Assembly: GCA_008690995.1 (NCBI GenBank)
Contig: VRMN01000002.1
Span: 1-64,000, forward strand
Reading direction: 5' to 3'
Length of the DNA: 64,000 nucleotides
DNA from: Porphyridium purpureum
Lineage: Eukaryota
Both the position numbers and the translations under genes were made by a program. Under the pieces are notes generated by a model. It did no database searches. It saw only the letters and a list, made by a program, of their open reading frames with translations, and was not told the DNA's origin. Of this stretch, positions 1-11,916 are shown in pieces (position 1 is the first letter of the stretch; every line of letters begins with the position of its first letter).

Positions 1-2535
1 CCGTGGCAGGCTGTGAGGCCTCGTGGGCCGAGCCAGCTGGGCTGCTGCGGCACTTGGCGGGCAGTAATCACTCGGCTGAAACACTTGCCGCAGTGCCACC
101 GGACGCGCTCAGAGCGGTTGGGCTGGCACGCCGGGCGTGCGGCGCGATGTGCTTGCTGCCTGCGCTGTCCGTGCGCCACCAGCGCAGTCGATGCCGGGAT
201 CCTGCGCGTTGTGCTGTGGCATTTGACGGGCAGGGTGGTCGCGTGCAGTCTGCACAGCAAACGGGCGCAAGCCGGAGCGTGCGATGACACTCGCAGTGGC
301 TCCGACACGGCCGCAGACACGCATGTGTCGACGGCGCGTCACGCCGCTGCGCATCCGCCGTCGCCGCTGCTCGACGCCCCCATACTCACCATTCTTCAAA
401 CGGTAGATTGGGTGCTGGGGCTGCGCGTGCGCACGTGGAAGCGCGTACCGGCAAAGTTTGCGCCGGACGTTGCGCTCGAGTTCAGCAGCATGCTCACGGA
501 GCTGGCCGAAGCCGCGTCCGAGGCCGCACAAGTCCGCGCGCTCGGAAAGCTGTGGGTGTTTCCGACTTTGGTGCTGTGCCTGCCCATGGAGCGCCAGAGC
601 ACGCGCGCGCGGGCAAGATACCTGGCGACGCGGCTCAAGATGTGGCGCTCCGATGCGCTCGAGCCACTGCTCGACTCGGTGCCTGTGGTGGACGGTCAAC
701 ACCTCAGACCCATACCACCAGAGGCCGTGGAGCACCGCATCGTGCAGCATGTGCGCGCCAACCACATTGGCGCCGCGGCGCGACTGGTCGAGTCGGCGGG
801 TGTGCACGACGTCACGGACTCGGTGCTGGCGCGCTTGCGCGAGCTGCATCCAGAGGCAGGGGCTCGCAGCGGCAGCCACGACGCAGCGCTCGTCGCACCA
901 GTCGAGTCGGTCAGTATCGACCAGCTGCAGTGCATGCGCGTGCCGTGGGACGCGCAGGCGGTGCGCAAGTCCATTCTGGCCATTCCGCACACCAGCGGGT
1001 GCGGACCGTCGCGGTGGTCCATAGGCGTGCTGCAGCAGGTCATCCGCACGCCCGTGGCGGGTGACACGGCGCTCGGGGCCGTGGCTCTCGCGTTCAAGCG
1101 CATCGCCAGTGTTGGTCTGCATCCGCAAGCTGGCGCGCTGTGGAGCCACGCACGCCTCATCCCGCTCAAGAAGAAGGACGGCGGCGTCCGACCGATTGCA
1201 GTGGGCGAGCTGCTGCGGCGCGTGCTGGGCAAGCTGGTGCTGGCACACCTGGGCAGCGACGCAGCCGAGTCGCTCCGGCCCGACCAGTACGGCGTGGGAC
1301 GCCCGGCCGGGCTCGAAGGCGCGGTGCTGGGGACCTTGCCGCGGTACAGAGTCAGGCACAGCCATTGCTGCTCGTCGACATTGCGAACGCATTCAACTTC
1401 TGCGATCGACCGGCCCACGCTGATGCGCATCGTGCAGGGCCGTTTCCCCGCGCTGTGGCCGCTGGTGCGCTCAACGTACGCGCATCCGGCTCCGCTGCGA
1501 GTGGGCGCCCATGTGCTGGCCAGCGCGTGCGGCGTGCAGCAGGGCGACCCGCTGGGGCCCTTGCTGTTCTCGCTGGTGCTGCACAAGGTGCTGGCAGACA
1601 CCGAGTCGCCGGGTCTGTCGTCGTTCTGGTACTTGGACGACGGCAGCATTGTGGGGCCGCTCGCGCAGCTGGAAGGCTTCCTGGACGCCTTTTCGAGCGA
1701 CGCGGCCGCGTACGGCATGCGCGTGAACCGCACCAAGACGCAGCTGGTGCTTCCGCCAGGAACGCAACCGGCAGTCGTGCCCGCGGGGCTCGCCGACCTG
1801 CCGCGTCTGGCGTGGGACCAAGCACAGCTGCTCGGTGTGCCGCTCGACTTTACCGGCAGTGGCGAGTCGCTCGTGCCGATCACCAACGCGAGCGCGCAGG
1901 TGCTCCAGCTGGCGGAGCAGGTGGCCAAGCTCAGCCACCCCGAAGAGGCGTTCTACCTCCTGCGGGGCAGCGTCGGGCCAAAGCGCCTGATGCACCTGGC
2001 GCGCACCATGCCTCCGCCCGTCGTGACTCGCATCTTTGCCGAGTTTGACCGCGCGTGGCGCAGCATTGTCGCGCGCGCGCTGGGTGTGATGGCACACGAG
2101 GTCGGCGAGCCGTGCAAGGCCGAGTGGCGGCTGCCGTGCTCGCTTGGCGGCTTGGGACTGACCGCAGTGGCAGACATTGCGCCGTTTGCGTTTGCCGCCG
2201 GCAGTCGTGCTGCCGCGCGCGTGGTGGACAACCCGCCCGCACGCGTGTACCCTCCGTCGCTCGCGCAGTGGTGGCGAAGGTTTGACGGAGACGCACACGC
2301 CGTGGCGCAGTGGCGCCTGGAGCCAGACGAAGATGTGGAAGCCCTGCTGGACTCGCAGGCACGTGGGAGCCGTCGCTTTTATCGACAATGGTGCTCAGAT
2401 TGGTCCCACGCGCCGGCCCCGTCCGACCCAGACTTTCACCGACGTCGCAGCGTCAGCTCGCCGCACGCGCTGGCGTGGCTCGGGATGCCGTCTGCCACGC
2501 AGCTGGCCGGCACGCACGGAAGCGCGCCGCTGAGC
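1..2535 (+). mobile_element. CRE-like non-LTR retrotransposon, family A copy 1 (cut by the window start; 3'-truncated before the endonuclease)
   Basis: Near-identical to 4437-6967. RT motifs RLIPLKKKDGGVRPIAVGE, QYGVG, GVQQGDPLGPLLF, WYLDDG and LPCSLGGLGL are present. Identity ends at ...gcgccgctgagc (2535). Confidence 0.85.
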
Positions 2536-3745
2536 TGCACAGATGCATGGCGCGTGGCCGTGCCAGCAGCAGCAGCAGCAGCATGCGTGGCCCGACCAAC
2601 TCCTGCGGACAAGGTGGCTTCTGTGCCCGATGCTGCACGAGCTTCTGGGCGTCCGCCAGCATCGGCCGCGCCCAGAAATCAGCGCGGCCCACAGCTCGGG
2701 CCCGCTGAATGCGCCGGCATGCATGCCGCCTGTCGTGCCCGGGGTGGATGGAGCTGCAGTCTCCGACCCACGGTATGGGACAAGGAGTCAAGGACGCCGT
2801 CCGGATGATAATGTCGACGAGCATGCAGAGCCGCACGGGCCGGACGGAGCACACGGGCTCAGCGCTGCAGCCGCATTCGTTCCCGGAGTTGAGCAGCTTG
2901 GCTCGCCGGAAGACCGTGACGACGGTGACGCCGCGACCGGTGACGAGGCCATGCCGTCAGCTGGGTCAGACTCGCAAGGCGAACCGGACGGAGGACAGCT
3001 CGTCGACGCTGCAGGCGGCTCTGCTCAGCCAGATGCCGCCCTTTCACGCAGCGCCGAGTCTGTGGTCGGCGATGCAGAGGCTTCAGATGCCCCCGGACGC
3101 AAGAATGATGCTGCTCCGGGGATGGCCCACGCTAAGCGACCCGCCGCTGCCGCGTTATCGCGCACGGTGTCTCCGTCCCGGGCTACTCTGCCCAAGCGTT
3201 CCCGGGCGGCTGCAGAAGTGCCTAGCGTGACGGCGGAAGCAGCGCAGCAAGAGTCTGCAGCAGACAGAGGCGTCGCGCAGGCGCAGCAGAACAGTGCGGG
3301 TCTGAGCACTGCCGCCTGTCTGTTGAATGACGCTGTGCAGCATGCACCAGTCGCCGGAACTTGACGCCGGCGACTCGAGCCGTTCCGAAAGCTCGACGAG
3401 GCGCTGGTGCCGCCCGTTTCCGGCCCGTTTGTTCCGGAGCGGCGCGCGAGGCAAGCATGGTGCGCCACGCGTCCGCGCCACTGTGGCGCGCATGGCATCA
3501 CGCGGTCTCGACAGACGCGCTTGCCGAGGCAGGACTCGCTGCAGACCCGTGTGGAGCATGGCATGCGCTCAGCGGCTCTGCGCACTCTCGGGACCAGCAC
3601 CGCGCACGCTGCATGCAGTGCAAGACGGCCCACGCCCACCGTTCCGCAGTGGGCCGTGCCAGCGGCCAAGAGTTTGCCGCTCCCGCACTTCCGGAGGTCC
3701 ACGCTGTGACTCCGGCTCCCTCGGCGGCTTCGCCCTTCGGGGCTC

Positions 3746-6700
3746 ATGAGTGAGACACTTTCTGACTCGTGGGAAGGGCCCGGTCCGCGCGGCGCAAGTC
3801 TTCTAGCCTCAAGTGAGGAAAGCGACGCGGAATGGGCTCCCGCACGCCCCCGCGCTCGTCGAGCGTCTGGGCGAGGCCGGCTACAAAGTCGGCCGGGTGG
3901 ACCAGTGGAACTGCGTGAGCGTGCTGGTCCTGCGCGAGAGAGTGCGGTGGTGGATGCGCACATCTCCAGCTCTAGGGTGCTGGCAGCCACGCACGCGCCA
4001 GTGGCATCTCCGCACAGTGTCGCAGACTCGGCAGACGGTCGCGCCACACGTCGGTCCGCACGACGACCGCGCCAGCGTGCGGGGCCTGCCGCACACATAG
4101 CGGTCAGGGATGCCGTGCTTGGCCACAGCGCATCTGTTCGCAGCTCTGCTCGCATGCTCCGTCCGGCGGGCTTTGACATTTCGCGACGCAGCGTGGCTCG
4201 GATGGCGCAGCTCGAAGCGCCGCACGCATGTCCGGCCGCCGAGTGCATGCGACGCTACCAGAGTGCGGCTCAGCTGGGCAAGCACTGGCGTGCGGCACAT
4301 CCGACGGAGCCAGCGAGTGCCGAGCTTCTGTCCAGCCTGCACTTGAGGCGAAACGCGTGCGGATGGGCGGTGCGAGACGTGCAGCCCCAAGACGCGTGCC
4401 AGTGTCCAGCGTGCCGAGCGCTGTGGAACGCGTGCCCCGTGGCAGGCTGTGAGGCCTCGTGGGCCGAGCCAGCTGGACTGCTGCGGCACTTGGCGGGCAG
4501 TAATCACTCGGCTGAAACACTTGCCGCAGTGCCACCGGACGCGCTCAGAGCGGTTGGGCTGGCACGCCGGGCGTGCGGCGCGATGTGCTTGCTGCCTGCG
4601 CTGTCCGTGCGCCACCAGCGCAGTCGATGCCGGATCCTGCGCGTTGTGCTGTGGCATTTGAAGGGCAGGGTGGTCGCGTGCAGTCTGCACAGCGAGCGGG
4701 CGCAAGCGGGCATGCGATGACACTCGCAGTGGCTCCGACACGGCCGCAGACACGCATGTGTCGACGGCGCGTCACGCCGCTGCGCATCCGCCGTCGCCGC
4801 TGCTCGACGCCCCCATACTCACCATTCTTCAAACGGTAGATTGGGTGCTGGGGCTGCGCGTGCGCACGTGGAAGCGCGTACCGGCAAAGTTTGCGCCGGA
4901 CGTTGCGCTCGAGTTCAGCAGCATGCTCACGGAGCTGGCCGAAGCCGCGTCCGAGGCCGCACAAGTCCGCGCGCTCGGAAAGCTGTGGGTGTTTCCGACT
5001 TTGGTGCTGTGCCTGCCCATGGAGCGCCAGAGCACGCGCGCGCGGGCAAGATACCTGGCGACGCGGCTCAAGATGTGGCGCTCCGATGCGCTCGAGCCAC
5101 TGCTCGACTCGGTGCCTGTGGTGGACGGTCAACACCTCAGACCCATACCACCAGAGGCCGTGGAGCACCGCATCGTGCAGCATGTGCGCGCCAACCACAT
5201 TGGCGCCGCGGCGCGACTGGTCGAGTCGGCGGGTGTGCACGACGTCACGGACTCGGTGCTGGCGCGCTTGCGCGAGCTGCATCCAGAGGCAGGGGCTCGC
5301 AGCGGCAGCCACGACGCAGCGCTCGTCGCACCAGTCGAGTCGGTCAGTATCGACCAGCTGCAGTGCATGCGCGTGCCGTGGGACGCGCAGGCGGTGCGCA
5401 AGTCCATTCTGGCCATTCCGCACACCAGCGGGTGCGGACCGTCGCGGTGGTCCATAGGCGTGCTGCAGCAGGTCATCCGCACGCCCGTGGCGGGTGACAC
5501 GGCGCTCGGGGCCGTGGCTCTCGCGTTCAAGCGCATCGCCAGTGTTGGTCTGCATCCGCAAGCTGGCGCGCTGTGGAGCCACGCACGCCTCATCCCGCTC
5601 AAGAAGAAGGACGGCGGCGTCCGACCGATTGCAGTGGGCGAGCTGCTGCGGCGCGTGCTGGGCAAGCTGGTGCTGGCACACCTGGGCAGCGACGCAGCCG
5701 AGTCGCTCCGGCCCGACCAGTACGGCGTGGGACGCCCGGCCGGGCTCGAAGGCGCGGTGCTGGGACGCGCCTTGCCGCGACGCAGAGTCCAGGCACAGCC
5801 GTGCTGCTCGTCGACATTGCGAACGCGTTCAGCTGCGTCGACCGGCCCACGCTGATGCGCATCGTGCAGGGCCGTTTCCCCGCGCTGTGGCCGCTGGTGC
5901 GCTCAACGTACGCGCATCCGGCTCCGCTGCGAGTGGGCGCCCATGTGCTGGCCAGCGCGTGCGGCGTGCAGCAAGGCGACCCGCTGGGGCCCTTGCTGTT
6001 CTCGCTGGTGCTGCACAAGGTGCTGGCAGACACCGAGTCGCCGGGCTTGTCGTCGTTCTGGTACTTGGACGACGGCAGCATTGTGGGGCCGCTCGCGCAG
6101 CTGGAAGGCTTCCTGGACGCCTTTTCGAGCGACGCGGCCGCGTACGGCATGCGCGTGAACCGCACCAAGACGCAGCTGGTGCTTCCGCCAGGAACGCAAC
6201 CGGCAGTCGTGCCCGCGGGGCTCGCCGACCTGCCGCGTCTGGCGTGGGACCAAGCACAGCTGCTCGGTGTGCCGCTCGACTTTACCGGCAGTGGCGAGTC
6301 GCTCGTGCCGATCACCAACGCGAGCGCGCAGGTGCTCCAGCTGGCGGAGCAGGTGGCCAAGCTCAGCCACCCCGAAGAGGCGTTCTACCTCCTGCGGGGC
6401 AGCGTCGGGCCAAAGCGCCTGATGCACCTGGCGCGCACCATGCCTCCGCCCGTCGTGACTCGCATCTTTGCCGAGTTTGACCGCGCGTGGCGCAGCATTG
6501 TCGCGCGCGCGCTGGGTGTGATGGCACACGAGGTCGGCGAGCCGTGCAAGGCCGAGTGGCGGCTGCCGTGCTCGCTTGGCGGCTTGGGACTGACCGCAGT
6601 GGCAGACATTGCGCCGTTTGCGTTTGCCGCCGGCAGTCGTGCTGCCGCGCGCGTGGTGGACAACCCGCCCGCACGCGTGTACCCTCCGTCGCTCGCGCAG

Positions 6701-7687
6701 TGGTGGCGAAGGTTTGACGGAGACGCACACGCCGTGGCGCAGTGGCGCCTGGAGCCAGACGAAGATGTGGAAGCCCTGCTGGACTCGCAGGCACGTGGGA
6801 GCCGTCGCTTTTATCGACAATGGTGCTCAGATTGGTCCCACGCGCCGGCCCCGTCCGACCCAGACTTTCACCGACGTCGCAGCGTCAGCTCGCCGCACGC
6901 GCTGGCGTGGCTCGGGATGCCGTCTGCCACGCAGCTGGCCGGCACGCACGGAAGCGCGCCGCTGAGCGCAGATGCGGCGCGTACGTGCGGCACATGCTGG
7001 AGCCGTCTGTGAGCCACGCAGCGCAGCGTCCGTGCCTGGCGCATCGGGCAGCCTGGATGCCGTCTGCGGGGCCGCGCGCTGGACCAGCACGGTCACCACG
7101 CGCCAAGTGCCATCTCGGGCCGTCGCGGTACGGTCGGCACGCGCTGGTGGTCGACGCCGTGGCAGCCTTTGCGCGCGCCGCTGGCTTCGGTGGGAGCGCG
7201 AGGCGCCTCCCGGCGCGGCAGACCTGCACGCCGGCCGGGCGACCTGCGCGTGGACAGCACGTGGGTCGATGTGGCGGTGGTGGTGCCCGACCGCACCGGC
7301 ACCAGGCGGTCCGACGGAGCGGCACTCGCGGCAGCGGCGCGTCGCAAGCAGGCCTCCTTCCAGGCTGCTGCGCGCACCGGCGACGCTGCTGGCGTGTCGT
7401 TCCAGGCGGTCATTCTGGACACGTACGGCCGGCGCGAACAGTGCGGAGCCGCGTTTCTGGAGACTCTGGTGGCGGCGTACATGCGGCACCGTGGAGTCAG
7501 CAAGATGCTGGCGAGCACGGCGCTCCACCGGTCGCTGTCGCTCGCGGTGTACCGCTCGGTGGCGGCGGCGGTGCTTCTACGGCACCCGGGCCCGACTCTG
7601 CCAGTTGCCTCGCAGCACTGGCTGGAGACGGGCAGGCGCCTCTTTGTAGGCGAGGTACTCTCGGAATCGGAAGCAGAGTCGCACTGA
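3746..7687 (+). pseudogene. Family A zinc finger-RT-RLE polyprotein, split by frameshifts
   Basis: The ORF pieces 3746-4720, 4758-5855, 5573-7012, ~7100-7200 and 7169-7687 join into one CRE-type ORF with domains in the expected order. Confidence 0.8.
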
Positions 7688-7744
7688 CTTTGCTGATACA
7701 TAGGTACAGAGCTTAGGCCCTTTAGATTTATAATGTAAAACGAT

Positions 7745-7768
7745 TTCAGAGTAACCCTAGAGTAACCC
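7745..7768 (+). repeat. 11-nt tandem unit (AGAGTAACCCT) x~2 at the family A 3' junction
   Basis: ttcAGAGTAACCCTAGAGTAACCC read directly from the sequence. Confidence 0.9.
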
Positions 7769-7959
7769 GGTTTGATCTGGGAAACCGGTATGTGTGTCAT
7801 CTGTCACGGCCAACCTCCACCTTCTCTTCTTTGCTGTATCCTGGCGGCCGCACGCTGCTCGGCATCTCAGAAAGTCAAAGCATCACAAAAATATGGTCAC
7901 AGTCTCAAGTGCACTCACGGCTGGATCGGAGATCCGGCAGCGGGGCTGAAGACTGAAGC

Positions 7960-8760
7960 TCAGCCCAGCACTATGATCGGGTCAGAACTATCTGTACACC
8001 CAATGCGGCTCTTGCCCTCTCGCGAGAACCCCGAGCTAAACACTTCCGGAGACCGCGGAACAGTGAAAACACGTGCATGGAACGGTGACACTGACAAGAT
8101 CATGGTGTTTTCGGAATCTTTTTGGCTCGAAGTCGACGGCGCTGAAAAGCGAGTATTGCCTTCGTGCGCGCGTGTGGCCGTATCGAAGAAAGAATCATCC
8201 GCAATGGCGTCGAGAGTCTGCTTCAACTCGCCCACATAAAGTTCGAGCGCTGCGCGCTACCTCCGCTCGTCGAGCTTGTTCTCCACACACCGCATCTCGG
8301 ACATCTGTGACTACCTTTGATCTGCAGCTCGTCACCGACGAGCACGCCTACAAACTGTCTAGCAACACGCACTCTTGGCGTCGCGTACTCACCCGCCTGG
8401 AAGTCGTCCCCGACACAGCCACCGATTCCAACCAATACTCCGCCGCCGAAACTCCCACGAGACCCGCAAGGTGCTCGACGCGCCTCATTCAAGCTGCGCG
8501 TTTAGCCGTTCCCAAGCGCGTGCCTTTGGAATCACTTGACTGCCTCTTCTGCTGGCCTGCATGCCTCGCGTTTGCCACACTTTCAGCGCCTAACACGCGA
8601 TTATGCTGGTACAGCAAGCGCGATAACTCGGTGCACATGCTTCACTTCTTCAACTTATCAAGATGCGCTTTCTTCTTCGTAAGCACTTCATTGGTTCCTA
8701 TACCACACCCTCCAAACTGACGTTTACACCACTGCACAGCCTGCGCGACCATGCACATGG
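7960..8760 (-). pseudogene. Decayed ORF of a dispersed repeat family of unknown identity (copy 1)
   Basis: Minus-strand peptides ELKQTLDA..TRAHEGNTRFSAP..SQ and GSFGGGVLVG..VLVGDELQ align with peptides at ~20.9-21.6 kb and ~63.5-64.0 kb. Confidence 0.55.
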
Positions 8761-8972
8761 TTCATCGAATACGTAAAGCATCCCGAGAACGCGCGGCATG
8801 GACTCCACCTTCAGGAGTATAACGAGCGGGTACCTCCAGGAGCCCGCTTATTGTACTGACTGCAGAGAATTCTGCGTCCATCTTGTATCGCAGCCCCAAA
8901 ATTAAACCTTCGCGTTTCTTCCGTTGCCATTCTCCCCCGACCTTCTTCACGGCGGCCAATTTGTTCACCGCG

Positions 8973-9523
8973 CTGTGCGTCGTCTCAGCACGTGTGGCGT
9001 ACGTGGCGTGGCTCTTTGGCAGCTCGGGCGCGTCGGTCAGGTTCTCGGTGCGTGCGTGCGCGCGGCGCGGCTCTGCGACGGGGCGCGCCGACGGGTCCTG
9101 GTGTCATTACTGTGCGTCGGTCAGGTTCTCGGTGCGTGTGTGGCGTGGCGCGGCTCTCCGACAGGAGCGCGCCGACTGGGTCCTGGTGCTCGTGCTGTGC
9201 GTCGTCCGGTGGTGCGGCGTGCGTGGCGCGGCTCTCCTGCGACAGGAGCGCGCGCCGACTGGGTGCTCGTGCTGTGCGTCGTCTCGGTGCGTGCGGCGGC
9301 GTGGCGCGGCTCCTGCGACAGGAGCGCGCCGACTGGGTGCTCGTGCTGTGCGTCGTCTCGGTGCGTGGCGTGCGTGGCGCGAAGCTCTGCGCTCCTGCGA
9401 CAGAAGCGCGCCGACTGGGTCCTGGTGCTCGTGCTGTGCGTCGTCTCGGTGCGTGCGGCGTGCGTGGCGCGGCTCTTGCGACAGGAGCGCGCCGACTGGC
9501 TTTGTGCTGTGCGTCGTCTCGGT
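8973..9523 (+). repeat. ~80-bp tandem repeat, about 6 copies, in the family B 5' UTR
   Basis: Recurring gtgctgtgcgtcgtctcggtgcgtg..gctcctgcgacaggagcgcgccgactggg, with cores near 9071, 9152, 9235, 9309, 9391 and 9472. Confidence 0.9.
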
Positions 9524-9980
9524 ACTTGCGGCGAGCGTGGCGCGGGCGCAGCGGGGATTTCTTGCGGTGTGTCGGCTATGGAGAGGGCAGGTGACGACGA
9601 CCGTAGCGCTGGTGCGCATCCGGCTCTTGGGTGCATCGTGGCACAGCGCGATAAGGCGAACCAGATGCAGCAGGACCTAGAGGCGGCCGCGGTATGCCGC
9701 GGCTTGGTCGACACGGTCACGCAGTGCGTGGCACGGATGGCCGCTCTGGGAGGGGCGCGCGCTGACGGCATGCGCGCGGCCATGTGGTCGTATGCCTGCA
9801 GCCAAGCGGTGGAGATGCTTGCGGTCTCCTGGCTGAAGTGGAACAGCGCTGAGACGCGCCCACAGTGGCAGGCGCGCAGCCGGCCCGTCCCGTGCAGTGG
9901 GCTGACCCGGTAGTGGCGGCGCAAGCAACAGCGTCACGACCGCGCAGCTGGGCGGTGGTGGCGGCCGGCCACGGCTCGCC

Positions 9981-11594
9981 GTGCTCCGCGTGCGGGTCCG
10001 GCTGCCGGCGCAGCCGAGGTTGCTTGACCCGGCTGCGCCGGCAGCCATATCAAGCGGTGCGCAAGGCAGGACCGGGTGGACGGCCCGGCAGGCCAAGCCG
10101 GCTGCCGCGAAAGGCCAGCAGACGCGCACGCCCGACAAGCGCAGAGCGGTGGAGCGCAGGCCAGCTGCTGCTCGAGCAGGCCCGGCAGGACCGGCCAATG
10201 CACTGCCCGCCAGTGCATTCGAGTGGGTGGTGGTGCGCAACTGCGACCCCACGGCGAGGCCGCAGTCGGTGCGCCAGGCGCTGAATGCGGTGGTGCGACC
10301 CAGCACACTGGTGCCGGGCGGTCCGTTTCCCGTGGAGGTGCTGAGCCTCACGGCCACCTCGTTCTTGGTGCTCGCGCCGGCTGCGTCGGTCCACCAGCTG
10401 GTCGACGTGCTGCTAACCTTGACGAGCCGGGACGCCGCGCTCCCGCTGTGGAGCGGTGCCACGAGAGCACCTGCAGTGATGGAGCGTCTCGCAGCCGACG
10501 GCTCCTGGTTGGCCGGAGTGCACCCGGACCAGCGCCGCCTGCTGGTGAGCAGTGTCCCCAAGCTGCAGAGCCGCATTGCTCTGCTCGAGGCACGCCGCTA
10601 CCCGAGCAAGCAGGCGGTGCTCTCGCGCCTGGGCCGTCTGTTGGCTGCATTGCAGGCCACGGACAACAGCAGTGGGGCAGACCGTGCCGAGAGCGCTGCT
10701 GCCGGACTTATGCTCGTGCATGTGCCTCGAGCGAGCGCGGTCGCCATGGAGGCCGAGCCGCAAGGGGTGGCCCAGGCTGAGACCCGAAAGCACGCGGCTC
10801 CAGAGCTCGCGGCTCCAGCGCGTGTGGACGCAGAGCCGGAGAATGCAGAGCTTGCGACTCCAATTCGCGCGGCAGCAGAGCCTGCGAATCCAGGTCTCGA
10901 GGCCCCCGTTCGTGCGGCTGCAGAGCCTGAAAATGCAGGACACGGGTTGGCAGAGCAGGAGACCCCCGAGCATGCTGCTTGGGAGCACGTGGCTCCAGAG
11001 GAAACTGCTGCAATGGGGACTGGGGATGGGCCCAGTGCAGCAGGGGCCGGTGCAGGTGCGTCCCATCTGCAACCGGCAATGCCCGTGGTGGAGCAGGTGC
11101 ATGGGACGCTGCGGGCCAATACAGACCCGAAGCGAGCAGCTGCCTTGCCGCTGTCGCAGTCCCAGAGCCCAACGGCAGCGGTCCGGGCTCCCAAACGCGT
11201 GTGCACCGTGACGGAGCACAGCGGGAGCGAGGACGAGTCTGAAGAGGACGTCCCGCTCTCGCAGCCGAGCCAGGGCTTCACGTGCCCAGTGGCTGCGTGC
11301 TCACACACCTGCTTCGACGCGAAGCAGTTCGGGTGGCACCTGCGGACGGCGCATTCGCAGCAGGAGCAGGCCGCGGTGCCGGCCCACTGCTATGCAGACT
11401 GCGGACTGGGCGTCTACAGTTGTGGACGGCCAAGGCCCCCCACTGTGACCAGCCAGGTGGCCAGCAACCACCGCAGGCGGTGCGACCTGTGCATGGGCTT
11501 GACGGGAGCCCCTGCTTCACAGGCAGAGCCCGACACCGCCGCTGCCACTGCAGCGGAGTCCGTGCTGCCTCAGGGCGGCGCGGCCGCGCAGTGA
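9981..11594 (+). CDS. Family B upstream ORF (ORF1-like) with a C2H2 zinc finger
   Basis: 537-aa ORF with CPVAACSHTCFDAKQFGWHLRTAH and three ~15-aa AEPENA-type repeats. The true start is probably upstream (~9578) across a frameshift. Confidence 0.55.
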   Translation: MLRVRVRLPAQPRLLDPAAPAAISSGAQGRTGWTARQAKPAAAKGQQTRTPDKRRAVERRPAAARAGPAGPANALPASAFEWVVVRNCDPTARPQSVRQALNAVVRPSTLVPGGPFPVEVLSLTATSFLVLAPAASVHQLVDVLLTLTSRDAALPLWSGATRAPAVMERLAADGSWLAGVHPDQRRLLVSSVPKLQSRIALLEARRYPSKQAVLSRLGRLLAALQATDNSSGADRAESAAAGLMLVHVPRASAVAMEAEPQGVAQAETRKHAAPELAAPARVDAEPENAELATPIRAAAEPANPGLEAPVRAAAEPENAGHGLAEQETPEHAAWEHVAPEETAAMGTGDGPSAAGAGAGASHLQPAMPVVEQVHGTLRANTDPKRAAALPLSQSQSPTAAVRAPKRVCTVTEHSGSEDESEEDVPLSQPSQGFTCPVAACSHTCFDAKQFGWHLRTAHSQQEQAAVPAHCYADCGLGVYSCGRPRPPTVTSQVASNHRRRCDLCMGLTGAPASQAEPDTAAATAAESVLPQGGAAAQ

Positions 11595-11916
11595 GACCCT
11601 GCATGTCCGGCCCGTTTGGGGCACAATGTTGGACTCAGGGGAAAATGACTCTGCTGCCACCCACGCCGGGCAGTCAGAGCAAAATGGGGCCTCCACAAGG
11701 GATGGCACATTGGACCAGCCACGGGCTGGAGGCGTGGGAAGCCTGCAGGGGCAGGCGGTGTCCATGCGACGCGTGACGCGGTCACAGACGCAGGCCCGCC
11801 AGGCCGTCTCCGAACCCGGCTTGGTCGCGGACCCAGCTGCGCGCGCGAAGCAGACGCGGACCGGGCAGCCAATGTGCCGGTGGACCGGGTCGCGCGCAGA
11901 GTGACCAGGCCGACTC

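Larger units (their letters stand above)
2536..7768 (+). mobile_element. CRE-like non-LTR retrotransposon, family A copy 2 (zinc fingers, RT, RLE, 3' UTR, repeat tail)
   Basis: C2H2 fingers CPAAECMRRYQSAAQLGKHWRAAH and CPVAGCEASWAEPAGLLRHLAGSNH. RT with YLDDG. CCHC-like plus RH motif (DQHGHH..KCHLGPSRYGRH). PD-D/ExK-like RPGDL..VDVAV..RRKQ. AT-rich 3' UTR ends in AGAGTAACCCTAGAGTAACCC. Confidence 0.88.

Noticed and set aside
8973..9523. CRISPR-like array of hairpin repeats
   Set aside because: The sequences between hairpins are themselves repeated, so there are no unique spacers. There are no cas genes and the context is eukaryotic.
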